From IMG/VR virus record IMGVR_UViG_3300011977_000001: a DNA stretch of 64,000 nt, one strand, 5' to 3'. Of this stretch, positions 45,637-53,645 are shown piece by piece. The notes beneath the pieces are model-generated. The model was not told where the DNA came from and searched no databases. It saw nothing but the letters and a program-made list of their open reading frames with translations. A program made the position numbers and the translations under genes. This stretch comes from a virus. Position 1 is the first letter of the stretch; every line of letters begins with the position of its first letter.

Positions 45637-47385
45637 TCACGTTGTTGCCTTTGAAAGAATTGTTTCCACTACTACAGGGCTTATATCGTAATCGCTCACC
45701 GGCAGCAGTCTGATCGCTCCACCATTCCACTGTGAAAGTCTCGGCTGTCCCCCTACGCCTCCGATCTCGCTGACATACTTCTTCACCTCGTCAGCTCCGA
45801 CAAATGACTTTCCGCTCTGAGGGTCATACAGCCATGTAGTTCCTTTTGATCTCTCGGCTATGATAATGTGTGCACCAGCGCCGTCTCCCCAGCCAAATTC
45901 CATTGTGTATCTCTTACCCTCTTTCAGGGTATTATCCAGGAATCCTGCTGCCTCTTCTGCATCCTTAAATGTTGCCGGGCTATGAATGTTCTTCGGTCTA
46001 TCCTTTGTTCCAGGGATTCGCCATGCCCAGGTTGAATCTTGCGATAGCTGGTCCTGATCATAGTTTCCTTGCATTCTCGGTTTTGCCTCTACATTGAAGC
46101 CTCTTCTTCTAGCTTCATAAGCCAGCACGCAGGTCTGGCAATTATAATGCCTGTAAGTTGAGTTTTCAAATCCAGGATTGGCTTTCTGGCTGTTTGCCTG
46201 CTCAAATGTCATAGGTTCTCCCTTATGAACTCCTGCTAAGCTCTTCGGGTCTGTAACCCCTGGGCCGCAGTGAGTACCATCATCCGTGTCAAACCCGTTC
46301 TGATGCACTTTCGGGTTGTTCACTCCTCCGACTCCCTCATTGTGTCCCATTCCGACAACCTTCTCTTCTGCTCCTCCTGTCGTAAATCGGCCGTCTTTAC
46401 CATGATAAGGGTTGTATTTTCTGATCACAGAATAGTTATGATCATAGCTTTTCTTGATGAATCCTTCTTCGATTGCTCTTTCTCGGCTTATGATGTCGTT
46501 GTCCAAATACTGCTGTAGGTGTTCCGGGTTTTCTTTCAGTTCTTCGACTACCTTATCCTCAAAGGCTCTTCTGGCTTTTCTCCTTTTCTCCTTATATCCA
46601 TCAATTTTCTTACGGGCCGTCTCTGCGATCTCTTTGGAAAACGGGTGTGCATTCTTCCCATTCACGCAATAATCAGAAATAGCCTCGGCAAAAAGCTCCT
46701 GTCCTCCTCCTGTCCGCTCTGCGTATCCGCTAACCGCTTTTCTCAGGTCGGAAATTGACGGAACAGTACCACCCGCTTCCTCAATTTTCTTCTTATAGCT
46801 GTCGTAAGCCTCCATCATTACATCGTAAGATTCTTCTCCAGCTCTCCATCCATCAGCTATCATAAGGCCGCCTGCATGTTTCATCTCATACATTGTCTTT
46901 TCCAGAACGTGGCCCGCTTCGTGTGCTCCGATAAGTTTCATCGCATCCCCATTTGGATGAAACCCGATTTTTTGGTCTCCTTCATATGCAGCCTTTATCC
47001 TTTCCGGGTTGGAATACCATGAAGAATTAACCGAAATATCTTCCCCTTCTGTTCCTGCATACGCAGCTGGGCCAAGGGCCATATCATTACCGACACTTAT
47101 ACTTTTTATTTTTCCTGTTAATTCCGGAAATTTATCGATTGCAGCAGCCACTCCGTCAGCAGTGCCCTTTACAGAGTCAAAATCCAGGCTTTCTATATCT
47201 CCGACCATGCGGATTCCGTATTTTTTATCCACTGTATTGGCCAACTGCTTTGCAGTTTTACATCCAGCCACTTGGCTTTTCCTGCTCCTTACCGTTTTAG
47301 CCGCACTTCCTCCGGACGTAAATTTTCCATCTTTACCATGGTAAGGATTATACTTTTTGATCTGTTCGAATGTCTGTGCTCTCAT
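45637..47385 (-). CDS. two-module leader-tagged protein: HEAGH metallopeptidase-like domain + papain-fold (Cys-His-Asp) peptidase/deamidase-like toxin domain
   Basis: Module 1 starts MRAQTFEQIKKYNPYHGKDGKF (47320..47355) and carries AHEAGHVLE and ELFAEAISDYCVNGKNAHPFSKEI. Module 2 starts at IRKYNPYHGKDGRF (46384..46419) and carries YNCQTCVLAYEARRRG, GAHIIIAE and YDPQ. Confidence 0.65.
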   Translation of the reverse strand: MRAQTFEQIKKYNPYHGKDGKFTSGGSAAKTVRSRKSQVAGCKTAKQLANTVDKKYGIRMVGDIESLDFDSVKGTADGVAAAIDKFPELTGKIKSISVGNDMALGPAAYAGTEGEDISVNSSWYSNPERIKAAYEGDQKIGFHPNGDAMKLIGAHEAGHVLEKTMYEMKHAGGLMIADGWRAGEESYDVMMEAYDSYKKKIEEAGGTVPSISDLRKAVSGYAERTGGGQELFAEAISDYCVNGKNAHPFSKEIAETARKKIDGYKEKRRKARRAFEDKVVEELKENPEHLQQYLDNDIISRERAIEEGFIKKSYDHNYSVIRKYNPYHGKDGRFTTGGAEEKVVGMGHNEGVGGVNNPKVHQNGFDTDDGTHCGPGVTDPKSLAGVHKGEPMTFEQANSQKANPGFENSTYRHYNCQTCVLAYEARRRGFNVEAKPRMQGNYDQDQLSQDSTWAWRIPGTKDRPKNIHSPATFKDAEEAAGFLDNTLKEGKRYTMEFGWGDGAGAHIIIAERSKGTTWLYDPQSGKSFVGADEVKKYVSEIGGVGGQPRLSQWNGGAIRLLPVSDYDISPVVVETILSKATT

Positions 47386-47401
47386 TCTTCTCTCCTGCTA
47401 C

Positions 47402-47430
47402 ATTGTAACGCACTTATGTGCGTTGGTCAA
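47402..47430 (-). promoter_or_regulatory. sigma-A-type promoter TTGACC-N17-TACAAT whose spacer is the perfect palindrome ACGCAC-N4-GTGCGT
   Basis: On the minus strand -35 is 47430..47425 and -10 is 47407..47402. The spacer 47424..47408 contains the palindrome ACGCACATAAGTGCGT (47423..47408). The ATG of the downstream gene is at 47385. Confidence 0.6.
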
Positions 47431-47576
47431 TCTTCTTTCTGGTCTTCATCCGGAGCCATAAATTCATATCTTCCGTTCCAAAACTTAATGCTCTTAGGAT
47501 CCACATGGTACTTCTCTGCTATTAGCTGCTTTACTTCGTCCGCTTTCACAATCATGATTGTCGCTTTCTCTGCCAT
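47427..47576 (-). CDS. hypothetical small protein
   Basis: ATG 47576 (MAEKATIMIVK...) follows AGGAAAAG. The track start at 47609 is a TTG. Confidence 0.4.
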   Translation of the reverse strand: MAEKATIMIVKADEVKQLIAEKYHVDPKSIKFWNGRYEFMAPDEDQKED

Positions 47577-47828
47577 TTTTCTTTTCCTCGTATTATAGTG
47601 TGTAGCCAATCTTTACCTGTTCTTGGTAAAAGGCTATGCTGTTATGGATGCTGTGGATTAGTATTTGTTTCCTACCACCAGATGGTTTCAGAAAGGGTCT
47701 GACCACAGCCTCCTGCTACTTTGTTGATCAGTCAGATACCGCATGACGGTTTATGTGGAACGAGGATACGAAAGCAGCGAGTCCTTGTGGGTCCAACAGC
47801 ATCAAATAATCTTACGGAGGTGATCTCT

Positions 47829-49007
47829 ATGATCATTGTTGCTGTTGATGTCGCAAAGGATAAGCACGACTGCTTTATCACCAACACGGATGGCGAAGTC
47901 CTTTATGATTCCTTCGCCATTCAGAACAATCAGGAGGGCTTTGAAGACCTGTATCAGAAGATATGCTCTGTGACCGATTCCTCACAGAATGTAAAAGTAG
48001 GACTGGAAGCGACCGGTCACTACCATCTCAACCTCCTTGGCTATCTCCTTGATAAAGGTTTCCCCACCTGTCTTATCAACCCGTTACAAACAAGTCTTTT
48101 CAGAAAAAGTCTAAGCTTTAGAAAGACGAAAACGGATCCGGTAGACGCCAGAGCGATTGCGAGATTGCTCATGAGCGATCGGACTTTACAGCCCTACTCG
48201 CTCACATCATACCAGAACGAAGAGCTTAAGTCACTAACCCGTTATCGCGCCGATAAAGTCCGTGAACGAGCAAAGCTGAAATCTTCTCTTTCCAGGCTTG
48301 TCGTGATCCTCTTTCCGGAACTGGAGAAACTCGTTCCGACTCTGCATATGCCTACCGTTTATGACCTGCTCAACGAGTTTCCCGGAGCTTCACACATCGC
48401 TTCTGCTCATCTGACCCGGTTATCTCATCTCTTTTCAGAAGCCTCCAAAGGTCATTATGGAAAAGATGATGCCATCAGGATCAGAAATGCCGCTCGTCGA
48501 TCAATCGGCTTGGTCTTGCCTTCTAAATCTCTTGAACTTCAACATACGATCGCCCATATCCGTTTTCTGGATCGTGAGATCGATGAGATCGAGTCGCAGA
48601 TCTTTGCTCTTCTGGATAAACATCCGCCGAAGATGCTGGACATCCCGGGCATGGGGCCGCGTATGGCTGCCGTTATCGTTGCAGAGATCGGAGACTTCAG
48701 ACGCTTCTCATCACCGGATAAGCTGCTTGCGTACGCTGGTCTTTCTCCGACGACCTACCAGTCCGGACAGCTGACTTCCACTTATGCCAAAATGGAGAAG
48801 CGCGGCTCCAGATATCTTCGTTTCGCATTGTTTAATGCCACGAAATATGTCTGTGTCTGGGATCCGACGTTTCGTGCCTATCTGGCGAAAAAGCGAGCTG
48901 AAGGAAAGCACTATAACGTTGCGGTCTCACATGCGGCGAAAAAGCTCGTCCGTCTGATCTATCATCTGGAGACGACCGGAGAAACATACGTTTCGAAAGC
49001 CTGCTGA
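47829..49007 (+). CDS. IS110-family (DEDD) transposase/recombinase
   Basis: ATG 47829 follows GGAGG. The N-terminus MIIVAVDVAKDKHDCFI is the DEDD_Tnp_IS110 style. The C-terminus has IPGMGPRMAAVIVAEIGDFRRFSSPDKLLAYAGLSPTTYQSG (Transposase_20 style). Confidence 0.95.
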   Translation: MIIVAVDVAKDKHDCFITNTDGEVLYDSFAIQNNQEGFEDLYQKICSVTDSSQNVKVGLEATGHYHLNLLGYLLDKGFPTCLINPLQTSLFRKSLSFRKTKTDPVDARAIARLLMSDRTLQPYSLTSYQNEELKSLTRYRADKVRERAKLKSSLSRLVVILFPELEKLVPTLHMPTVYDLLNEFPGASHIASAHLTRLSHLFSEASKGHYGKDDAIRIRNAARRSIGLVLPSKSLELQHTIAHIRFLDREIDEIESQIFALLDKHPPKMLDIPGMGPRMAAVIVAEIGDFRRFSSPDKLLAYAGLSPTTYQSGQLTSTYAKMEKRGSRYLRFALFNATKYVCVWDPTFRAYLAKKRAEGKHYNVAVSHAAKKLVRLIYHLETTGETYVSKAC

Positions 49008-49085
49008 TAGTATCCTGATATCCTGTTCCAGGGCACCCTTTCGGATGCTCTGTTTGTCATGCAGTTTTCAAGGTGCTGACTTATG

Positions 49086-49108
49086 AAAAACTCGCTTGCG
49101 AGTTTTTA
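49086..49108 (+). terminator. rho-independent terminator after the transposase gene
   Basis: The sequence is AAAAACTCG-CTTG-CGAGTTTTT. Confidence 0.7.
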
Positions 49109-49313
49109 GCGATTAGCTTCTTTTTCAACTTGACTATTAATAGTCAGTCTTTCTGGCATTATTACCAGGTCTTCGTTTAATCATCTTTCTGAATTGTAAG
49201 CTCACCTGCTGCATTGACTGAAGAGTTCAGGTTCAAAACTGCCGTTTCACCATCACGTTGTAACTATGTGGCATTCTTAAAATTACAAATTTGTCACTAT
49301 ATTTTCATAGCAA

Positions 49314-49346
49314 TAAAAAAGACCGTCTCATCAACCGAGGCGGCCT
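49314..49346 (-). terminator. rho-independent terminator
   Basis: The minus strand reads GGCCGCCTC-ggttgat-GAGACGGTC (one mismatch, one G-U pair) followed by TTTTTTATT. Confidence 0.6.
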
Positions 49347-49367
49347 TTTCCATTTCACTATAGATTT

Positions 49368-49520
49368 TTATTCCTGATCGTCCTGATCATCCTGATCATC
49401 GTCTTTCTGTGCTCTCTTCGCATCATACTTTTCCAGGAACTCTCCGATTGCGTCAGAAATGGACTTTGCATCCGCTCCCTGCGTCATCGTGATCGGAATC
49501 CTCTTTCCACTTTTCTCCAT
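49368..49520 (-). CDS. small acidic protein (50 aa, below track cut-off); candidate partner of the upstream gene
   Basis: My own translation gives MEKSGKRIPITMTQGADAKSISDAIGEFLEKYDAKRAQKDDDQDDQDDQE. AAGGAGAG serves as SD, and the ORF starts 13 nt after the stop of 49533..50048. Confidence 0.5.
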   Translation of the reverse strand: MEKSGKRIPITMTQGADAKSISDAIGEFLEKYDAKRAQKDDDQDDQDDQE

Positions 49521-49532
49521 CGTATCTCTCCT

Positions 49533-50048
49533 TTACTGCGGAGGCAGATTGCTCCCCGTTCCACCCGTGGAAATATTTTCAGCGTTTCCAATATCCCAGA
49601 TAGCCTTTTCATTATGCTCTCTTGCATAATCGATTGCCGCATTCTTGTCGGACATGCAGGTCGAAATATCCAGGCTGATCATACCGGTATCCGGGTCCAG
49701 CCATGTTCCGAGATAATTGTCCTTCTGGGACAACAGATCCGCATTGTCTTTCATGAACTTTCTGATTGCTGCCTCTCTGGTATCCGGATCCCTGGCCTCT
49801 TTTGCACTAATCCACCTGCTGCGGTCTGCGTGAGCCGCAACCATGTATCCGCTCTTCGGTTCTTTTCCGGTCTTTACATGCACAGACATTCCGCCCTGGC
49901 GCATAGTGTGATTGGAAATTCCACCCACTACAGTCCCATATGTGAATCTTCCTCTCGCATCGTGATTTGTATTGTATTTTTCAACATCTTCAAAGTCCTT
50001 GTCCCGTGAGGACATGCTCTTTCTAATGTCAAAGAATAGCTTTACCAT
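49533..50048 (-). CDS. leader-tagged protein with an unknown ~130-aa domain
   Basis: The protein starts MVKLFFDIRKSMSSRDKDFEDVEKYNTNHDARGRF, with the core motif at 49944..49979. I cannot name the rest. Confidence 0.6.
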   Translation of the reverse strand: MVKLFFDIRKSMSSRDKDFEDVEKYNTNHDARGRFTYGTVVGGISNHTMRQGGMSVHVKTGKEPKSGYMVAAHADRSRWISAKEARDPDTREAAIRKFMKDNADLLSQKDNYLGTWLDPDTGMISLDISTCMSDKNAAIDYAREHNEKAIWDIGNAENISTGGTGSNLPPQ

Positions 50049-50136
50049 GATTCCTCTCCTTTCAGTAGATTTACTGTTATCTCGAATGTAACTGCTCTTC
50101 TGCTGAAAGTTAAGGCTTCAGGTCAACAAATCCATG

Positions 50137-50592
50137 TTATGCGGTTCTCCGGTTTCTGTTACTGATCTCGTTCAGGAATCTCAGGGCTTTGTAGTATTTC
50201 ATCATCCGTTCCCCGTCTTTCACTGTGAAGTGAATGATCCTTGACCGGTCCATATTGTGCCTCAGGTCGGCCATCTTTACTTTGACGGCCAACGGGTTTT
50301 TACTCAGTTTCTCGACATATACCATGTAGGGCTCACTTTTATCGTGAGTCATCGCTTTGATCGCCGATAGCTGTTTCTCAGTAAATCCCGCTTCTCTAAG
50401 ATTATCAATCGTGATTGCAGTGTCCTCAACCACATCATGAAGCAATGCTACCACACAGCTGTCTTCATCATTCATCTGCTCAGCCACATGAACCGGATGC
50501 ATGATATAGGGCATTCCAGCTTTATCAGTCTGACCATCGTGTGCCCTATATGCTATCTGCATCGCTTTTCTGGTAAGATCCGTGTATACCAA
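50137..50592 (-). CDS. HD-domain small alarmone hydrolase (SAH; (p)ppGpp/(p)ppApp hydrolase-like)
   Basis: 151-aa ORF with H..H...(N22)..LLHDVVEDT, the HD motif of the RelA/SpoT hydrolase family. It is the second gene downstream of the RelA/SpoT-synthetase toxin gene. Confidence 0.8.
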   Translation of the reverse strand: MVYTDLTRKAMQIAYRAHDGQTDKAGMPYIMHPVHVAEQMNDEDSCVVALLHDVVEDTAITIDNLREAGFTEKQLSAIKAMTHDKSEPYMVYVEKLSKNPLAVKVKMADLRHNMDRSRIIHFTVKDGERMMKYYKALRFLNEISNRNRRTA

Positions 50593-50608
50593 TACTCAGC
50601 ATCCTTCC

Positions 50609-50836
50609 TCAGGCTTTGAAATATTTCGCTTTCATCCTCGCTTTAAGCTCGATCGCCTGATCTTTTGTCAGCTCGTCATAGTAAGTCGTGTCATACGGTG
50701 CCTCAAATGCATTTTCAGTGTCTTTCCACTCGTCAGAGCCAGCTGCATAGAACTGCCCGATATTGTTTTCCTGATCGAGTCGGTACAGGGTTTCGTAGTC
50801 GCCGGCATCAATGTCGATTCTACCGAAGTACCTCAT
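50609..50836 (-). CDS. hypothetical small acidic protein; candidate immunity/antitoxin
   Basis: 75-aa ORF between the synthetase gene and the hydrolase gene. Confidence 0.5.
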   Translation of the reverse strand: MRYFGRIDIDAGDYETLYRLDQENNIGQFYAAGSDEWKDTENAFEAPYDTTYYDELTKDQAIELKARMKAKYFKA

Positions 50837-50884
50837 GTTCGTTCCTCCTTTCCTTCTTTAGGATATACCTATATATGTATATTG

Positions 50885-51793
50885 TCAACGCCTATAATCG
50901 TAGGGAAGTGTCTTGTCATAGTACATATAGTACGGAGAATCCGACTTTTTAACGGCCAGGTCGTCAAAAGGCTTGATCGCATCAATGTCCTTCGGTGTCG
51001 GAATTGATCTGGCGTTCTCACTCATCTGCTTTTTCAGCTGCTTCTTCCGCTCCGGTGGGGTATCATCTTTGCGTTCTTCTTCGTACATGACGTGGTTTAC
51101 TTCTTTTACTTCAAGAGACTTCTTTGTATGGAACTGAAGCTCGAATCTTGTACCATCCTTTGTCTCAATGACACAGTTCACGCCTCTGTAATCAGCGTTA
51201 GTATCACCCAGGGTATTCTTGACACGTTTTACCTTATATCCCTTTGCTTCAAATCGTCTTTTTGTCTCCATGAAAGTTGCCGTAAGATGCTCTTCGTCAT
51301 CCATCACTGTATAACGGTTAATATCATACATCCTCTTAACCGCTTCATCCGGATGCACATCTCGATTCTTTTTATCGCTCTGTTCCTTACACTCCGTAAC
51401 GAGTTTTCTGGTTAGCGATTTTTCAGTCTTGAGTCTAAAATCACGGTCGGCAAGCTCGCTCCCGGTAATATCAGCGATCTCATCCAGGTCATTTGTGATC
51501 TGTTTCTCTGCTTTACTCGCTTTCGCTACGGCCGCTTTCGCTGTTGCAGCCGCCTCTCTGTGCAGTTTCTTTCCCTCCGGGCTGTTATCATCCATTGAGC
51601 TTGATATTGTATGCCCAGATGAACTTCCAGAGCTGCCTGCTGAGGCTCCTGCTCCGCTGGTCCCGCCTTTGTACGGAACTGTAGTCTTGGATCCCCCACC
51701 CGTGGTAAATCTTCCGTCTTTACCATGATAGGGATTATACTTTTCAACTTTATTATCTATGCCATTTCTTATTTCACTAAATACTTTCGCCAT
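50885..51793 (-). CDS. leader-tagged RelA/SpoT-family small alarmone synthetase (toxSAS-like effector)
   Basis: The protein starts MAKVFSEIRNGIDNKVEKYNPYHGKDGRF, with the core motif at 51707..51742. Synthetase motifs are FRLKTEKSLTRKL, YDINRYTV, YRGVNCVI and FELQFHT. Confidence 0.8.
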   Translation of the reverse strand: MAKVFSEIRNGIDNKVEKYNPYHGKDGRFTTGGGSKTTVPYKGGTSGAGASAGSSGSSSGHTISSSMDDNSPEGKKLHREAAATAKAAVAKASKAEKQITNDLDEIADITGSELADRDFRLKTEKSLTRKLVTECKEQSDKKNRDVHPDEAVKRMYDINRYTVMDDEEHLTATFMETKRRFEAKGYKVKRVKNTLGDTNADYRGVNCVIETKDGTRFELQFHTKKSLEVKEVNHVMYEEERKDDTPPERKKQLKKQMSENARSIPTPKDIDAIKPFDDLAVKKSDSPYYMYYDKTLPYDYRR

Positions 51794-51880
51794 ATCGGTG
51801 CCCTCCGTTATATCAAATCATATCGAAGCGCACAGATGTGAGCAATTATCCAGGTCCTGTTTTACAGATGTTTTTCGCCA

Positions 51881-52120
51881 TCAAGGTGATAATACTTTCC
51901 ATTTTTTCAAAAAGCCTTCCATGGAATAATACGGGCAGGGCAGCTCACCGTGGCTACCAAACCAGATTGCCGATCTTCCCAGATATTCCACTATCCATGT
52001 TCTAAGTTCATACACAGTACCGTGGATGTAATGTTCCCCCAGGCCAGTTACAAGAGACTGTCCCGATATATTTTGCTTTCGTCTCTCAGTTCTCCTTCTG
52101 GACTTTTTCTGAGCAACCAT
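51881..52120 (-). CDS. hypothetical small protein (uncertain)
   Basis: 79-aa ORF that overlaps the 3' end of the RHH gene by 35 nt. The SD is weak. Confidence 0.3.
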   Translation of the reverse strand: MVAQKKSRRRTERRKQNISGQSLVTGLGEHYIHGTVYELRTWIVEYLGRSAIWFGSHGELPCPYYSMEGFLKKWKVLSP

Positions 52121-52316
52121 CAGCTTCTGCAGTTATCTTCTCCTCCACATCTCTCATGACCGTGCTGGTGATATATCCGTTCACTGATTTGTTTTCAATA
52201 GCAGCAGCAGCCCTGATTTTGTCCTTCTCACCTTTTTTGAATAGAACTAGGATGCGATCGTAGGCTTTTTGATCATACTTCCTAGATGCCCTCATTTGGG
52301 CCTCTGAAACCGGCAT
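52086..52316 (-). CDS. ribbon-helix-helix (Arc/CopG/omega-like) DNA-binding protein
   Basis: ATG 52316 follows AAAGGAGAGG. MPVSEAQMRASRKYDQKAYDRILVLFKKGEKDKIRAAA fits the beta-strand/helix/helix pattern of RHH antitoxins and repressors. Confidence 0.6.
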   Translation of the reverse strand: MPVSEAQMRASRKYDQKAYDRILVLFKKGEKDKIRAAAAIENKSVNGYITSTVMRDVEEKITAEADGCSEKVQKEN

Positions 52317-52424
52317 AGTTTCCTCTCCTTTCATGAAATTTTGTTCTCATAATATACCTATATCGGTATATGTTTCAAGTATAGAAAAACACCACACGGT
52401 CTCTTCAACCATGTGGTGTTCTCA

Positions 52425-52703
52425 TTACGATTTGAAGTTTTTCCAGGCTTCTTCGTGATACACGTCCAATCCTTCATCGTCTGTCTCATACTCAACCGGT
52501 GAGAATGCAGCCTTCGGATTGATCTTCCGATACCTGGCAAGCTCTTTCTGCATGTTCTGATACACAAACAGCTCGCCCTCATTCAGCTCCGGTTTGATCT
52601 GATCTGGTGTCATGTCATCATTCACAGCCAGAATCAGCTGGTTCCAGCGTCTTCCGTTGATCTGATGAATGAGCTCTCTCTGACGATTTGTTCTCTCAAC
52701 CAT
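52425..52703 (-). CDS. hypothetical small protein; candidate epsilon-like antitoxin/immunity for the zeta-type kinase
   Basis: 92-aa acidic ORF starting 13 nt after the stop of the kinase gene. Confidence 0.5.
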   Translation of the reverse strand: MVERTNRQRELIHQINGRRWNQLILAVNDDMTPDQIKPELNEGELFVYQNMQKELARYRKINPKAAFSPVEYETDDEGLDVYHEEAWKNFKS

Positions 52704-52715
52704 GCAGTTCCTCCC

Positions 52716-53645
52716 TTAGTTTGCTTTATTCAGGAACTCTTCGAACTTTTTCTCCTGGCCCGGAACCGGCGTGAATCCTTTTCCCTTGCCTCCAGCAGCA
52801 ATTAGGACCGGCTTTGAGCCTATCGGGCCATTATTGTCGTACAGTTCTGCCTTATCAAACAGATGTGCAACCTGTACTCCGATCGATGTTACTTTCGGGT
52901 GGCACTCCCTGAGAAAGTCGTCTGGGACCAGTCGTGGGCTCTCTCCCTTCTTCATTGCGGACAGATACCTGCTGACGTTTCTCTTAGACGCTTCATCCGT
53001 ATTTACTGTAACATATTCCGCCTCAGTTCGGTAGCCGTGTTCTTTTGCTACTTTCAGCTTAGCCATAACACTTTCAACGCTCCCGTCTCCGGTTCCATCG
53101 TAAGTGATATTGTAGTGTTCATCTGCTGCCACTTTCAGCAATCTTTTGGCGATCATTGAGCTCTCTTCGTGATAGAATGCTGCTGCTCTATCCGTTTTCT
53201 TTGACATAGCTTTGAACCCTGGAAGCATTTCTTTGATCACATCCGGGTCTATCCTGACTGAAGTGGCTGGGTCCATCTTAGAAACGAATCCATCTTTGAT
53301 GACTCGTCCTTTTCCGGATGCCGGCCCGCCGCCCATCATTCGGTAAACTCCCTGTCCAGTTGTTGGTTTGAGTCCTTTCAGATACTGTCTGATAATTCTC
53401 TTATGCAATTCTTCCCGCTTAGGATCTATCTTACCATCAGCAGTGATATGACCGCTCATAGAGTTCTTGAATCCAGTCCTCTGCTCAGCCAGGACATCAG
53501 TCGGGTCGGACGAGTGATAGTCTCTATGCACAGCTTTCGCTGAAGTAGTAAATCTTCCGTCTGCACCATGATAGTGATTGTACTTCTTAATCTCTTCAAA
53601 CGTGCGTGAGCTCTTCATACTCTTCTTGATATATCCTTCCTTCAC
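52716..53645 (-). CDS. leader-tagged zeta-toxin-like P-loop kinase
   Basis: The leader is ..SSRTFEEIKKYNHYHGADGRF, with the core motif at 53550..53585. The Walker A motif is MMGGGPASGKG. Size and layout resemble zeta/PezT kinases. The start is GTG 53645 or ATG 53618. Confidence 0.6.
   Translation of the reverse strand: MKEGYIKKSMKSSRTFEEIKKYNHYHGADGRFTTSAKAVHRDYHSSDPTDVLAEQRTGFKNSMSGHITADGKIDPKREELHKRIIRQYLKGLKPTTGQGVYRMMGGGPASGKGRVIKDGFVSKMDPATSVRIDPDVIKEMLPGFKAMSKKTDRAAAFYHEESSMIAKRLLKVAADEHYNITYDGTGDGSVESVMAKLKVAKEHGYRTEAEYVTVNTDEASKRNVSRYLSAMKKGESPRLVPDDFLRECHPKVTSIGVQVAHLFDKAELYDNNGPIGSKPVLIAAGGKGKGFTPVPGQEKKFEEFLNKAN

Larger units (their letters stand above)
47640..49130 (+). mobile_element. 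IS110-family insertion sequence (boundaries approximate)
   Basis: It is a lone plus-strand gene in a minus-strand operon array. The transposase is flanked by ~200 nt of upstream and ~120 nt of downstream non-coding DNA. This family lacks classical terminal inverted repeats, so the ends cannot be fixed by eye. Confidence 0.6.
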
